DNA from: Gemmatimonadota bacterium
Lineage (GTDB): Bacteria; Gemmatimonadota; Gemmatimonadetes; Gemmatimonadales; GWC2-71-9
Direction: 5' to 3'
Length of the DNA: 64,000 nucleotides
Assembly: GCA_036679605.1 (NCBI GenBank)
Contig: JAZDCZ010000419.1
Coordinates: 128,001-192,000, forward strand
Positions 49,732 to 60,472 of the stretch are shown one piece after another. The translations under genes were made by a program, and so were the position numbers. How positions within the stretch are numbered: position 1 is the stretch's first letter; each line of letters begins with the position of its first letter. The notes below the pieces were generated by a model, which saw only the letters and a list, made by a program, of their open reading frames with translations, was not told the origin of the DNA and made no database searches.

Positions 49732-51800
49732 CTGGCTACTTTGCGCGCAACTCTGTAGAGCCACATCGAGAAAAACGCGAAGGCTGCTATCCCCAAGATG
49801 TTAGCGACCGTGTCAAAACCTTCGGGAGCGAAAGCCAGTACATCGGTGCTCTGGGCTGCGGCAAACGGGATGGCCAGCGCTATGCCTACCAGGGCCTCAC
49901 CGGTTATTAGACCCGACGCGAATAACAGTCCGTTCCTACTCGCCGCTTCGGCATCCACCTGCGATGCCCCACGGCTCTTCAGCGCCCGCCCTGCCATGAA
50001 CGCGATGACCCCGCCGACGAAGATTGGTACAGAAAGTTCAATCGGTAGGTAGATACCAACGGCAACGGCAAGCACTGGAGTGCGGAAACTACTCTTCCGT
50101 GCTTCGAGCATCTTGTCCAAGACGATTATTACAACCGCAAGCGCGACGCCGATCCACACCATGGTCCAGGGCAGGTTTCTTGTCAGCACACCGTCTGCAA
50201 CGGAACTCATCAGTGTAGCCTGCGGTGCCTTCAGCGCTTCTGAAGCATCCATGCCGGCCCTCGGCAAAACATCACCCAACCCGTACGCCGAGAACAGAAG
50301 TTGGAGCACAGGTGCAATCACGATGGCCCCAGCTACGACACCTATGATCTGCATGATCTGCTGTTTGTAGGGGGTAGCCCCAACTATGCGTCCGGCCTTC
50401 AGATCCTGCATGTTGTCGCCCGCTATCGCCGCTGCACAGCACACCACAGCTCCGACCAAAATCGCTGTCGCAGCCGCTGCCGTAGCTCGGCTGCGGTCCA
50501 CAACGAAATCGATCTGACCTCCCAACATCCATAGCAAGATGAGTGATATGCTGAGAATCGTGGCTATTGTTACACCAGAGATAGGGTTGTTGGACGACCC
50601 TACCAGGCCAGCCATGTATCCTGCAACTGATGAGAAAAGAAAACCTGCGAACAGTGCGAACAGGACACCGAACACGACGGTACCTGCGTAGAGTGACGTC
50701 GATATTCCCAAGGCATCTCTGTTCACGACAAAGAGAAAGACAACGAAGATTGGAATTGCAAGCAACGCAGTCCCAACCAGAACCATGTTGATCGGCATGT
50801 CGCGTTCAGTGCGCGGGATTGCCGAGGTATCTCCTGACCGTGAGGCGCGGAGTGCCTCCAGCGATGACCGAATGCCGTCCCGGACCGGCTTCATCAACGA
50901 CAACAGAGCCCAGAGTCCGCCCGTTGCCATCGCACCAACACCCAAGTAGCGGATTCTCGCACTCCACAGTTCTTCCGCAAGCTCATAGCCATGTGCGTCG
51001 CCGGCGATGGACTGGAGATCCGCTTGGCTGGCAAGCGCGGTGTAGATAGGAATCCCCAAGAGCCACGAAATGAGGCCACCTGCAAACACGAGAATGGCGA
51101 TGTTCAAGCCCACTATGTATCCGACGGCAAGGAGCGCGACGCCCAAATCGCTCCCGAAACCAAAAACCGACTTGCCGACGGTGACGGCGCCGGTCGCACT
51201 CCCGGCCGCAATCTTGAAACCTGTCTGGCACAACTTCAAGATCGCGCCGGTAATGCCCGCGACGGCGATCATGCGGGCACCCTGCCCCCCTTCCGCCCCC
51301 GCTTTAAGCACCTCGGCGGTCGCCACCCCCTCGGGGAACTGCAACTTGGCCTCGACAATCAGGGCACGACGAAGTGGAATGGTGAACAAGACCCCCAGAA
51401 TGCCGCCCGATAACGCGATGGCGAAAGTCGGAAGGAACTTGAAACCTTCCCAATACTGCAGCATGATGAGCGCCGGAATCGTGAAGATCACCCCGGCGGC
51501 CAACGATTCGCCGGCCGAAGCAGCGGTCTGGACAATGTTGTTCTCGAGAATATTCGAATTCCGGAACAACTTGAGAACGGCCATTGAGATGACAGCAGCA
51601 GGGATTGATGCCGAGACGGTCAGCCCCACCTTGAGACCAAGGTACGCGTTGGCGCCGGCCAATGTAGCAGACAACACCACACCCAACACTACCGCCTTTG
51701 CTGTTATCTCTGGTAGAGTCTCAGACGCGGCGATGTAGGGGTTCTCCACCTCACCTGTGCTAGATCCTCCGGACTCCACGGCTGAATCCCTAGATTCCAT
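49728..51800 (-). CDS. Oligopeptide transporter, OPT family
   Basis: NAYLGLKVG, ENNIVQT, FPEG, NPISG and APQA. Confidence 0.95.
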   Translation of the reverse strand: MESRDSAVESGGSSTGEVENPYIAASETLPEITAKAVVLGVVLSATLAGANAYLGLKVGLTVSASIPAAVISMAVLKLFRNSNILENNIVQTAASAGESLAAGVIFTIPALIMLQYWEGFKFLPTFAIALSGGILGVLFTIPLRRALIVEAKLQFPEGVATAEVLKAGAEGGQGARMIAVAGITGAILKLCQTGFKIAAGSATGAVTVGKSVFGFGSDLGVALLAVGYIVGLNIAILVFAGGLISWLLGIPIYTALASQADLQSIAGDAHGYELAEELWSARIRYLGVGAMATGGLWALLSLMKPVRDGIRSSLEALRASRSGDTSAIPRTERDMPINMVLVGTALLAIPIFVVFLFVVNRDALGISTSLYAGTVVFGVLFALFAGFLFSSVAGYMAGLVGSSNNPISGVTIATILSISLILLWMLGGQIDFVVDRSRATAAAATAILVGAVVCCAAAIAGDNMQDLKAGRIVGATPYKQQIMQIIGVVAGAIVIAPVLQLLFSAYGLGDVLPRAGMDASEALKAPQATLMSSVADGVLTRNLPWTMVWIGVALAVVIIVLDKMLEARKSSFRTPVLAVAVGIYLPIELSVPIFVGGVIAFMAGRALKSRGASQVDAEAASRNGLLFASGLITGEALVGIALAIPFAAAQSTDVLAFAPEGFDTVANILGIAAFAFFSMWLYRVARKVAS

Positions 51801-51934
51801 TTCAACTCCTTCGGCTTTAGCGGCGGTATTGGAGAAAATTCGGCACGTCGCAGCCAACCCTATGAGGGTGCACTTGCACTGTCAAGCACACACTGTAGCT
51901 TTTCGCGACCAAGCATCGAGTCAGTTGATCAGGT

Positions 51935-52162
51935 TCAGTGCGTCCGAGCGCTGTCAAAGAGGCGGCGCATGGCCTCGGCGTCCAGGTCCTCCAGATTCCC
52001 GACACCTTGGGACAGTGTCGCATAGCGCCGGCTCGACCGATCGTCGAGAGACGAGAACTGAACCACTGGGCGGTGCACCTTCGGGTTGAGGTACGCCGAT
52101 GTTCGGCCGTGACTGACCACCTCAACCCGCCATGCACGCCCGTCCTGATCGACAAATAGCAT
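51935..52162 (-). CDS. Small hypothetical protein (75 aa)
   Basis: MLFVDQDGRAWRVE...LFDSA; fills the intergenic gap upstream of OPT. Confidence 0.55.
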   Translation of the reverse strand: MLFVDQDGRAWRVEVVSHGRTSAYLNPKVHRPVVQFSSLDDRSSRRYATLSQGVGNLEDLDAEAMRRLFDSARTH

Positions 52163-52229
52163 GCTGCTAAATGAATACCTGGTATAGAGTTGATACTTTG
52201 TTGATACCTTGTTCGTATGATAACTCGCC

Positions 52230-53297
52230 ATGAATGAAAAATCTCTCGTATTCTTGAAGCGATTGCTGGATTTGCCTGGCCCTTCGGGGTTTGAGACCGC
52301 CCCTGCGCGTGAATGGCGCAACGAGGCGGCGAAATTCGCGGACGAGGTGACGGCGGACGTAAGTGGCAACTCGTCTGCCCGCATCAATCCAGACGGTGGC
52401 CCCCGCATCATGTTTGCCGGGCACATCGACGAGATCGGGCTGATGATCATCCACGTCGACGACAAAGGCTACCTCTACTTTTCCACGATTGGCGGATGGG
52501 ACCACCAGGTCCTGGTCGGCCAGAGAGTGTTGATCGCCACAAAGCGCGGTCTCGTGGACGGCGTGATAGGCAAGAGAGCAATCCACATGTTGGACGAGGA
52601 TGAGAGAGACGAGGTTTCTAAAGCGTCCTCGCTATGGATCGATATCGGGGCGAAATCCAAGAAGGACGCACTGCGCAAGGTACGCATAGGCGACGCCGCC
52701 GTTCTGGCCGCGCCGTCGCTGGAACTGCCCAACGGACGGCTGGTCTCGCGCAGTATAGACAACAGAATCGGCGCGTTCGTCGTTCTGGAAGCGCTGCGCC
52801 TGCTATCGCGCCGCCCGCCCAAGGCAGCTGTGTTCGCTGTGGCAACGAGTCAGGAGGAGATTGCCTGGACTGGCGGCGGTGCCAGGACTAGCGCAACCAG
52901 CATCGCTCCCGATGTAGCCATAGTCGTCGACGTTACTCACGCGACCGATCACCCGAGCGCAGAAAAAAAGCTTCATGGGGACTTCAAATTGGGTGGTGGG
53001 CCTGTGATTTCGCGCGGATCGTCGGTGAATCCCCGAGTGGCAGATCTGCTGATAGACGTCGCGGAAAAACGAAAGATCCCCTACACCCTGGCTGCCGCGC
53101 CCAGCGATACCGGGACCGATGCCGACGCCATCTTTTCAGCCCGGAGTGGTATAGCTACAGGGTTGGTATCCATTCCCAATCGCTACATGCATAGCCCCAA
53201 CGAGATGGTGGATATGGCTGATCTGGAAAGGACCGCTCGGTTGCTAGCCGCGTTCGCCCGACGCGTCACTCCTCAAACAGACTTCACGCCGCGGTAG
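52230..53297 (+). CDS. M42 family aminopeptidase
   Basis: GHIDEIG, DNR, QEE, DVTH and RYMHS. Confidence 0.95.
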   Translation: MNEKSLVFLKRLLDLPGPSGFETAPAREWRNEAAKFADEVTADVSGNSSARINPDGGPRIMFAGHIDEIGLMIIHVDDKGYLYFSTIGGWDHQVLVGQRVLIATKRGLVDGVIGKRAIHMLDEDERDEVSKASSLWIDIGAKSKKDALRKVRIGDAAVLAAPSLELPNGRLVSRSIDNRIGAFVVLEALRLLSRRPPKAAVFAVATSQEEIAWTGGGARTSATSIAPDVAIVVDVTHATDHPSAEKKLHGDFKLGGGPVISRGSSVNPRVADLLIDVAEKRKIPYTLAAAPSDTGTDADAIFSARSGIATGLVSIPNRYMHSPNEMVDMADLERTARLLAAFARRVTPQTDFTPR

Positions 53298-53414
53298 TTC
53301 ACAGTAGAACCTGCACTCTCCAAGTCGCGCCATGGATCTAGAGCCCCCGCGATCATGGGGCTAGAGTCGACATCTTGTTAAGTTTAGGCCTTCTTTCATT
53401 GAGAACCTGTCGCC

Positions 53415-54674
53415 ATGGAACCTGCAAGAGTTAGCATCACGATTCTAGTAGCCGGCCTGTTGCTGACGAATCATCTTGTGGCACAGACAGACGTCGAAAG
53501 GATAGGGTCCGACGTTCGTTATCTGTCAGCTGACGCTCGCATGGGGCGCGGCGTGGGGACGGCCGGCCTCGATTCGGCCGCATCGTACGTGGCACGCAAA
53601 TTCGAGGAGGCAGGTTTGCAACCTGCGGGCACTGACGGATTCTTTCAACCGTTCCTCGTTGATCCGACCGCGCCAGCGGCGGGCCACTCGGGCCTAGGGG
53701 GCGCTTCCGTCAAAAATGTCGTGGGAATCTTGCGAGGCAGAGGAGACTTGGCTCGCGAATCCATCGTCATTGGTGCGCATTACGATCATCTAGGACTTGG
53801 CGGGTTTGGAAGCCTCGAGCCCGACAGTACGGGCGTCGTCCACAATGGCGCCGATGACAACGCATCCGGCACGGCCGCCCTGATAGCATCCGCTCGTCTG
53901 CTCAGCGGCCTTAAGGCCCCCAATGTGCGAACCATTGTGTTTGTCGCCTTCACGGGTGAAGAACTCGGCCTCATTGGATCCAGCTATTATGTGAAACACC
54001 CCGCCCTCGCCAACAGCTCTACCTCCGCCATGATCAACTTCGACATGGTTGGACGGCTGAGAGACAGAACGATGCTGGCTATCGGCACGGGCTCGGCCAG
54101 CGAACTCCCGGAGTTGCTCGATTCATTGAGTGCCTCCCACGGAATCTCCGTAAAATCTCTCGCCGACCCCTGGGGCAGAAGCGATCACTCGTCGTTCTAT
54201 GGAGCGTCGATCCCCGTCGTTCATTTTTTTACCGATACGCATGCGGACTATCACCGCACCACGGACGATTGGGACAAGATCAACAACCGTGGCATCGCTG
54301 AGATTACCGAATACGCCGCGTCGCTCGCTTGGAGCCTGGCGCTTCGACGCGACAGGCTGACATTCCTGGACGTTTCCCCCCCTGTCCAGTCTGCCGGCGG
54401 AGGCTACGGGGCCTATCTCGGTACGATTCCCGACATGACGGGATCTCCCGGAGGCGTCAAGTTGACCGGTGTCCGAGGTGGCAGTCCTGCTGATGTAGCC
54501 GGTATCCGTGGGGGCGATATCTTGATACGGCTGGGTGAGTACGAGATAGCAGATCTCTACGATATGACCGCCGCGTTAAGAGCGCACAAACCCTCCGATG
54601 TAGTAACCGTCATCGTCATGCGGAATGGTCAGAGACTTTCGTTCGAGGCAACGCTCAAGAAGCGCGGTGGCTGA
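53415..54674 (+). CDS. Exported M28 peptidase with C-terminal PDZ
   Basis: GAHYDHLG, GADDNASG, GEELG, SDH and YLGTIPD. Confidence 0.94.
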   Translation: MEPARVSITILVAGLLLTNHLVAQTDVERIGSDVRYLSADARMGRGVGTAGLDSAASYVARKFEEAGLQPAGTDGFFQPFLVDPTAPAAGHSGLGGASVKNVVGILRGRGDLARESIVIGAHYDHLGLGGFGSLEPDSTGVVHNGADDNASGTAALIASARLLSGLKAPNVRTIVFVAFTGEELGLIGSSYYVKHPALANSSTSAMINFDMVGRLRDRTMLAIGTGSASELPELLDSLSASHGISVKSLADPWGRSDHSSFYGASIPVVHFFTDTHADYHRTTDDWDKINNRGIAEITEYAASLAWSLALRRDRLTFLDVSPPVQSAGGGYGAYLGTIPDMTGSPGGVKLTGVRGGSPADVAGIRGGDILIRLGEYEIADLYDMTAALRAHKPSDVVTVIVMRNGQRLSFEATLKKRGG

Positions 54675-55131
54675 ACCACTTCTCAAGGCAGAGCCCATCG
54701 TGCGGGCACTGCACGCAGCATTTTGCCGTGATGCTGACCGCCAAGAGTTGTTGGACATGGCGGCTACCCGGATCCGCGAAGCTGGGTCCCCTTACAGCGG
54801 TGTGTACATGTACATGCTGACACAAGACGGCGTACTGAAGCTAGAGGCCTTGAATGGTCGACCCACTGAACTTACAGAGATTCCAGTCGGCCAAGGTATC
54901 TGCGGCCGTGCAGTGGCGGACGCTACCGATATCACCGTCGCCGACGTGTCGGCAGATCCCGATTATCTCTCGTGCAGCATCGAGACCAAATCGGAATTGG
55001 TCGTTCTAATCCGGCGCAATGAAGAGATCCTCGGTCAGATAGACGTGGACAGCGATGTGTTGGATGGATTCGACTCAGCCGAGCAGGCGGCTGTCAAAGA
55101 AATCGCGGACGCGCTGGCTACTCTTCTTTGA
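54667..55131 (+). CDS. GAF domain protein (MsrC/YebR-like)
   Basis: GQGICG, YLSC, SELVV and IDVDS. Confidence 0.85.
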   Translation: MAEPLLKAEPIVRALHAAFCRDADRQELLDMAATRIREAGSPYSGVYMYMLTQDGVLKLEALNGRPTELTEIPVGQGICGRAVADATDITVADVSADPDYLSCSIETKSELVVLIRRNEEILGQIDVDSDVLDGFDSAEQAAVKEIADALATLL

Positions 55132-55982
55132 CCCCGGCGGAGCAGGCAACGATCGAGATACTCCGAGTGAACGGTCAGAGGTTGTTCACGCGGAGCATCG
55201 GACATGGTCCCGAGGTTGTAGTGCTTCATGGTGGACCGGGCGCCCACCACGATTACCTGCTGCCGCAATTCGATGCCCTAGCAGTTGGCCGAAGGCTCCA
55301 TTACTACGACCAGCGCGGAGGTGGACAGTCGGCGGTCGCGCGAGACGTATCTGTCGAGTGGCAAGAGCACGTACGTGACCTCGATGGCCTAATCGACCAT
55401 TGGGACCTCGTACCTGCCACCTTGCTTGGCTACTCATGGGGTGGCCTACTAGCTATTCTCTACTCCATTAACCATCCAGATAAGGTCGGACGCCTGGCAC
55501 TGGTATCACCGGCGTCTATCACCGTGGACGAGCGAGCGGAGTTCGAGAGACGCTTTGCCGCACGGGCTCGAGATCCGCAAATCTCAACACGCCGGACCGA
55601 ACTCAAGGAATCCGGCCTGCGCCAGCGTGATCCGGCGGCGTATCGGCAAGAGGCCTTCGAGTTGTCCGTCGCACCGTACTTCGCCGACGCCAAGCGAGCC
55701 CGAGACCTCACTCCCTTCCGCGTAACCGGCCGCACTCAGCAGGCAGTGTGGCAAAGTTTGGCCGCGTACGACCTACGAGACGATATGGCACAGCTCTCCA
55801 TCCCAGCTATCGTGGTCCATGGAAGACACGACCCGATTCCACTGTCCTCCTCAGAACTCATCGCCTCCCTGTTAGACGCGCCGCTGGAGGTTTGCGAGGA
55901 ATCCGGCCACGTACCCTACATCGAAAACCATGAGCGATTCGTGCGTGTCCTAGACGAGTTTTTGCCAAGTTCGGCTCGGTAA
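55128..55982 (+). CDS. Alpha/beta hydrolase (proline iminopeptidase-like)
   Basis: HGGPG, DQRG, GYSWGG and SGH. Confidence 0.9.
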   Translation: MTPAEQATIEILRVNGQRLFTRSIGHGPEVVVLHGGPGAHHDYLLPQFDALAVGRRLHYYDQRGGGQSAVARDVSVEWQEHVRDLDGLIDHWDLVPATLLGYSWGGLLAILYSINHPDKVGRLALVSPASITVDERAEFERRFAARARDPQISTRRTELKESGLRQRDPAAYRQEAFELSVAPYFADAKRARDLTPFRVTGRTQQAVWQSLAAYDLRDDMAQLSIPAIVVHGRHDPIPLSSSELIASLLDAPLEVCEESGHVPYIENHERFVRVLDEFLPSSAR

Positions 55983-56029
55983 AGCCACGACTCGCATTAG
56001 CCCAACACCTGGCGTAGCTTCAGTACACT

Positions 56030-57646
56030 ATGAACAAGGAAAATGTGGACGCCATCATCGAAGAGATCGCAGCCTATCTCGAGCTGAAGGGCGAGAGCAG
56101 CAGCCTCCCCTCCACTCAGGACATCGTCTCCGAGTTAGCGAGCACGGGGTCCAGCCAAACGCTTGAGCGCTTGCGACAGGAATTCCCACCCGGACTGGTC
56201 GAAATGTTTCAGATCTCGGGGCTCGGGGCAACCAAGATCCGTCAGATCTACCAAAGGCTCAAGGTCGATTCACTCGCGGAACTTGAAAATGCCGCCAGGG
56301 ACGGTAGGCTTGCCGGCCTTCCAAGATTCGGTAAGAAAACGGCGGAAAAAGTTCTCAAGAGCATCGAGCAGTTGAAAAGAAGCAGCGAGCCCCGCTTGTT
56401 CCATCACGCCTTTCGCGAAGCTGAGGAACTTGCGGCGATACTTGCCGACATACCCAGAGTTGCCCGGATCGAGATTGCGGGAGCTGTGCGCCGGCGGATG
56501 GAGATAATTAGAGGTCTTGGCTTCGCCGTCGCTTTGAAGGGGTCTCCTAATGATCTCATTAAGCGCCTCGGTGCTGTGCCTGGAGTAAGTGAGTTCGTTG
56601 CAGAGACGGACAACGCTCTTTCTCTGCGATTTGCGAGCGGGACAGTCGCTGATATCCATTGGGCACCAGCAGCGCAGTTCGGCTTTCAGTGGTTGCGCGC
56701 CACGGGTAGCGAGGGCCACATCGCTCAACTTCGCCAACTCGCCGAAAGTAGGGGCCTCTCATGGAGCGACCGAGGCCTTGTAAGTGACACCTCGTTTCTC
56801 AAAACCCCCACCGAACTCGATGTGTATGCTGCGTTGGACCTGCCATACATTGAGCCAGAACTCAGGGAAGGTCGCGGCGAAGTGAACGCCGCGCGTTCAG
56901 GGAAGCTGCCCGTTTTGATAGAGCAAGAGGATATTCGTGGATTCCTCCACTGTCATTCCACATATTCGGACGGTACGAGCACGGTTACGGAATGGGCTCG
57001 TGCCTGCCGCGACGCCGGATACGAGTACCTGGGAATCACAGATCACAGCGAGCGTGCCACCTACGCCGGCGGCATCTCAGAAGATCAATTGCGATTACAG
57101 CACGCCGAGATCGACGCCGTCAATAAGCGCCAGTCCACCTTTCGTGTTCTCAAGGGTATCGAGGCCGACATCCTCGAGGACGGGTCACTGGATCTCGTGT
57201 CTGAGACGAGCGCCACGTTCGAGTTCGTGATCGCGTCGGTGCACAGCAGACTCGAGATGAATGAATCTCGTATGACAGCACGCATCCTGAAGGCCATGGA
57301 AGATCCTAGAATGACGATCCTAGGCCATCCCACCGGTCGACTGCTGCTATCTCGGAATCCGTACCCCATGAACACCGACAGGATCTTCCAGCGAGCAGCC
57401 GAGCTGGGCGTGGCTATGGAGATCAATGCAGATCCCCAAAGACTCGATCTCGACTGGAGACTTCTGCGCGAAGCAGTCGACGCCGGTGTAACGATTTCTA
57501 TCGGAGCAGACGCCCATCATGTCCATGGCATGCTAAACATGGCCATAGGTATTGGTATAGCTCGCAAGGGCTGGATCAGCAAAGAGCATGTGCTGAACAC
57601 TAGGTCGGTAGACGAGTTCCTCGATCACTCACGGGCGAGGATGTGA
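56030..57646 (+). CDS. polX: PolX-PHP protein with altered polymerase active site
   Basis: HhH motifs, TGS..H, PELREG and an intact PHP domain (HCH, DH, E, H, H, DAH). Confidence 0.9.
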   Translation: MNKENVDAIIEEIAAYLELKGESSSLPSTQDIVSELASTGSSQTLERLRQEFPPGLVEMFQISGLGATKIRQIYQRLKVDSLAELENAARDGRLAGLPRFGKKTAEKVLKSIEQLKRSSEPRLFHHAFREAEELAAILADIPRVARIEIAGAVRRRMEIIRGLGFAVALKGSPNDLIKRLGAVPGVSEFVAETDNALSLRFASGTVADIHWAPAAQFGFQWLRATGSEGHIAQLRQLAESRGLSWSDRGLVSDTSFLKTPTELDVYAALDLPYIEPELREGRGEVNAARSGKLPVLIEQEDIRGFLHCHSTYSDGTSTVTEWARACRDAGYEYLGITDHSERATYAGGISEDQLRLQHAEIDAVNKRQSTFRVLKGIEADILEDGSLDLVSETSATFEFVIASVHSRLEMNESRMTARILKAMEDPRMTILGHPTGRLLLSRNPYPMNTDRIFQRAAELGVAMEINADPQRLDLDWRLLREAVDAGVTISIGADAHHVHGMLNMAIGIGIARKGWISKEHVLNTRSVDEFLDHSRARM

Positions 57647-58290
57647 GCCCCAAGGTGAGACCCGCAAAAGACCGAGTGCGTTCGGTCATCCAAAAACTCA
57701 AGAAGGCTTTTCCCGATGCCAAGTGTTCCCTAAGGCATAGGAATCCCCTTGAATTACTCGTCGCCACCATTCTGAGCGCACAGTGTACGGACAACCGCGT
57801 GAATATCGTCACTAAAGAACTGTTCCGCACCTACAAGACGGCAAAGGACTATGCCAACGCTCCACCCGAACTCATGGAGTCCCAGATCAAGTCCACTGGA
57901 TTCTACCGCAACAAGACAAAATCAATCGTTAACATGGCCCAGCAGCTCGTCGAGCGACATGGAGGTAAGGTTCCATCTACAATGGACGATCTCGTCAAGC
58001 TGCCCGGCGTAGGTCGCAAGACGGCCAACGTCGTCCTCGGAAACGCCTTTGGAATCGACGAGGGAGTGGTAGTGGACACTCACGTCAAACGCATCACCAA
58101 CCGTCTGGGGTTTACCAAACAGTCGGATCCCGAAAAAATAGAGAAAGATCTAACCAAACTCATACCCAAATCTGAGTGGACCGTCTTTCCACACCTCTTG
58201 ATTCATCACGGTAGGTCGATTTGCCAGGCACGCGTTCCAAAGTGTGAAATCTGTCCAATTGCGGTCCTGTGCCCGTCGTCCAGCATATGA
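57643..58290 (+). CDS. nth: Endonuclease III
   Basis: LSAQCTD, LPGVGRKTAN, VDTH and the four-Cys Fe-S cluster motif. Confidence 0.97.
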   Translation: MSPKVRPAKDRVRSVIQKLKKAFPDAKCSLRHRNPLELLVATILSAQCTDNRVNIVTKELFRTYKTAKDYANAPPELMESQIKSTGFYRNKTKSIVNMAQQLVERHGGKVPSTMDDLVKLPGVGRKTANVVLGNAFGIDEGVVVDTHVKRITNRLGFTKQSDPEKIEKDLTKLIPKSEWTVFPHLLIHHGRSICQARVPKCEICPIAVLCPSSSI

Positions 58291-58312
58291 CATTCTTTCC
58301 CGTGGCGCCGCG

Positions 58313-58741
58313 ATGAAAATCGATTTCGCCGTCATCTGCGATTACGCGATTCTCGACCAGTATGGCAAGCTCTCGGTAATGGGAATCTTCCAGCACATCT
58401 GGGTTGCTCAATTTCCAACAGTGCACCCCAGGCTTCATCTGGTATTGAGGCTCAGAGGAAGTCGGACTGAAATCGGCAAGCACGATGTCAGTATCCAGCT
58501 CACTGATCAGGACGGTATTGAGATCATCAGTGGCAATGGTTCAGTGGACCTTGCCGAACCACCTGCTGGAATTCTGGAGGTAGAGTCGGGAGCAGTGCTA
58601 GTGTTTGACGTTCCGTTCGCGCATGAAGGTCGTTACGAATTTGCTATCACGGTGGATGACGACATCTCCGCAACCGTCCCGGTAACAGTGTCGCTTGGCC
58701 CGAACTTACCTTCGTCCGGCATCAACCAATCCCTCAACTAA
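58313..58741 (+). CDS. Conserved hypothetical protein (DUF6941-like)
   Basis: ICDYA...GKLSVMGIF and G.Y motifs. Confidence 0.7.
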   Translation: MKIDFAVICDYAILDQYGKLSVMGIFQHIWVAQFPTVHPRLHLVLRLRGSRTEIGKHDVSIQLTDQDGIEIISGNGSVDLAEPPAGILEVESGAVLVFDVPFAHEGRYEFAITVDDDISATVPVTVSLGPNLPSSGINQSLN

Positions 58742-58755
58742 CTCCACCGCCTCTG

Positions 58756-60468
58756 TTGCTCACAGTGACACACACACGAAAACTGATCCCGATCATTTGC
58801 CTCACTATGTGCGTCGCAGCTCTCTCCTACGACATTGCCGGTTATCCCCTATTGGATCCGGACGAAGGTCGCAACGCGGAGATAGCTCGTGAGATGGCTA
58901 GCACGAACAACTTCATCTTGCCTCACTTGAACGGTGTGCCATATGTAGACAAACCCGTGCTATACTTCGGCACTGTTGCGGCAGTCATGAAAGTGCTGGG
59001 TCCAACTGTCTTTGCAGCCAGATTGCCTTCCCTCCTGTTCACATTTCTGACACTTGGCGTAGTGTTCCTGTTCGGCCGGAAGGTGTTTGGAACACGGGCG
59101 GCATGGATCGCCACGATCGCGACGGCCGCTACACCATTTACCGTTGCGTACTCTCGCACGGTGATCTTCGACAGCATGCTCACGTTTCTCACCCTATTAG
59201 CCATCATGAGTTTTTTTATGGCCATCGAGAACTCTGCACGAGCCCCTGGCAAGTCGCTACGTGACACGGGGTCGGACTGGTGGATGAGTATGGCATGGAC
59301 CGCGATGGCTATCGGAGTACTCACGAAGGGACCAATCGCTTTGGCCCTCCCCCTGATGATTGCGATACCATACGCAATACGCCGACGGGCGTTGCGATCG
59401 CTGGGCGATGTTCTCTCCATTCTTCTCTTCGTCGCGCTAGTCTCGCCGTGGGTGATTGCCGTATCACGCCATGTGCCGGATTTCCTGCACTACGTGGTAG
59501 TAACCGAAACCATCGGACGATTGACCACCGATGAACTGCACCGAACAGGCCCATTCTGGTACTTCTTGATTATCCTGCCTGCGGCCTCTCTACCCTGGTC
59601 GCTTGTCTTGCTCGCGGGGCTATGGCGTGGACGGCCATGGAGAAAAGCAGACGGTCGGATTGACGACCGTGTGATCTACCTCCTGCTTTGGATCGTCGTT
59701 CCCTTGATCTTCTTTTCATTTTCACAATCCAAGCGTCCTCAATATGTGCTCCCGCTAGTTCCCGCGGTCGGCCTTCTGCTGGGTTCTCTGTGGACTACTG
59801 TGCACGAACGTGCCTACGGCGCCCGCATTGCGGCTGTGATCGTCGGCGGAATGGGCGCCGCCCTTTTAGCTGCTCAGAAGACAATATCCGATCTAGTGCC
59901 GGTCGGACCCGCAATCGCCGCTGCAATACCGTCAGCCGCGATACTGATTGGAGCTTCCAGCATGGTTGCAGCAGTGATCGCCTACTTCTGGGACCGAGAA
60001 CGCGAGGTGCTGCTGCTGGCGTTCTCGCTACCTATCCTTATCATCCCGCTCGTCAGCGGGACGATCATGGACGAGATCGGCGGTGAGCGATCGGCCGCGA
60101 AGATCGCTACGGCATTGGGACCTCGACTCTCACCAGATATACAAGTAGTAGGAGTACACGCTTTCCCACCGTCATTGCCTTTTTATCTCCAGCGGCCACT
60201 CATCCTTTCGACCGACGACGGCTCCGAACTGACAAGTAATTATGTCGTCCGACACCTCGACCGCTGGGCAGAATCCAGCGTGCTGCGGGGTTCCGATTGG
60301 TGGAGAGAAGCACTTATACGCTGTACGCAACCCCGTATCTTCGTGGTCAAAGGTGACGATGATGATGCCCGCCAGCTCCTCGCGCAGCAACTCGATCTGG
60401 TAATCGACACCGGCAAGTATGCGGTGTACGGTCCGTGCGGATTCTCCAATTTAGCCGCAGCCAAGTAG
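58756..60468 (+). CDS. ArnT/PMT-like GT-C glycosyltransferase
   Basis: DPDEGR, DKP, TKGP, H..PFWY and KRPQY. Confidence 0.9.
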   Translation: MLTVTHTRKLIPIICLTMCVAALSYDIAGYPLLDPDEGRNAEIAREMASTNNFILPHLNGVPYVDKPVLYFGTVAAVMKVLGPTVFAARLPSLLFTFLTLGVVFLFGRKVFGTRAAWIATIATAATPFTVAYSRTVIFDSMLTFLTLLAIMSFFMAIENSARAPGKSLRDTGSDWWMSMAWTAMAIGVLTKGPIALALPLMIAIPYAIRRRALRSLGDVLSILLFVALVSPWVIAVSRHVPDFLHYVVVTETIGRLTTDELHRTGPFWYFLIILPAASLPWSLVLLAGLWRGRPWRKADGRIDDRVIYLLLWIVVPLIFFSFSQSKRPQYVLPLVPAVGLLLGSLWTTVHERAYGARIAAVIVGGMGAALLAAQKTISDLVPVGPAIAAAIPSAAILIGASSMVAAVIAYFWDREREVLLLAFSLPILIIPLVSGTIMDEIGGERSAAKIATALGPRLSPDIQVVGVHAFPPSLPFYLQRPLILSTDDGSELTSNYVVRHLDRWAESSVLRGSDWWREALIRCTQPRIFVVKGDDDDARQLLAQQLDLVIDTGKYAVYGPCGFSNLAAAK

Positions 60469-60472
60469 CGAC

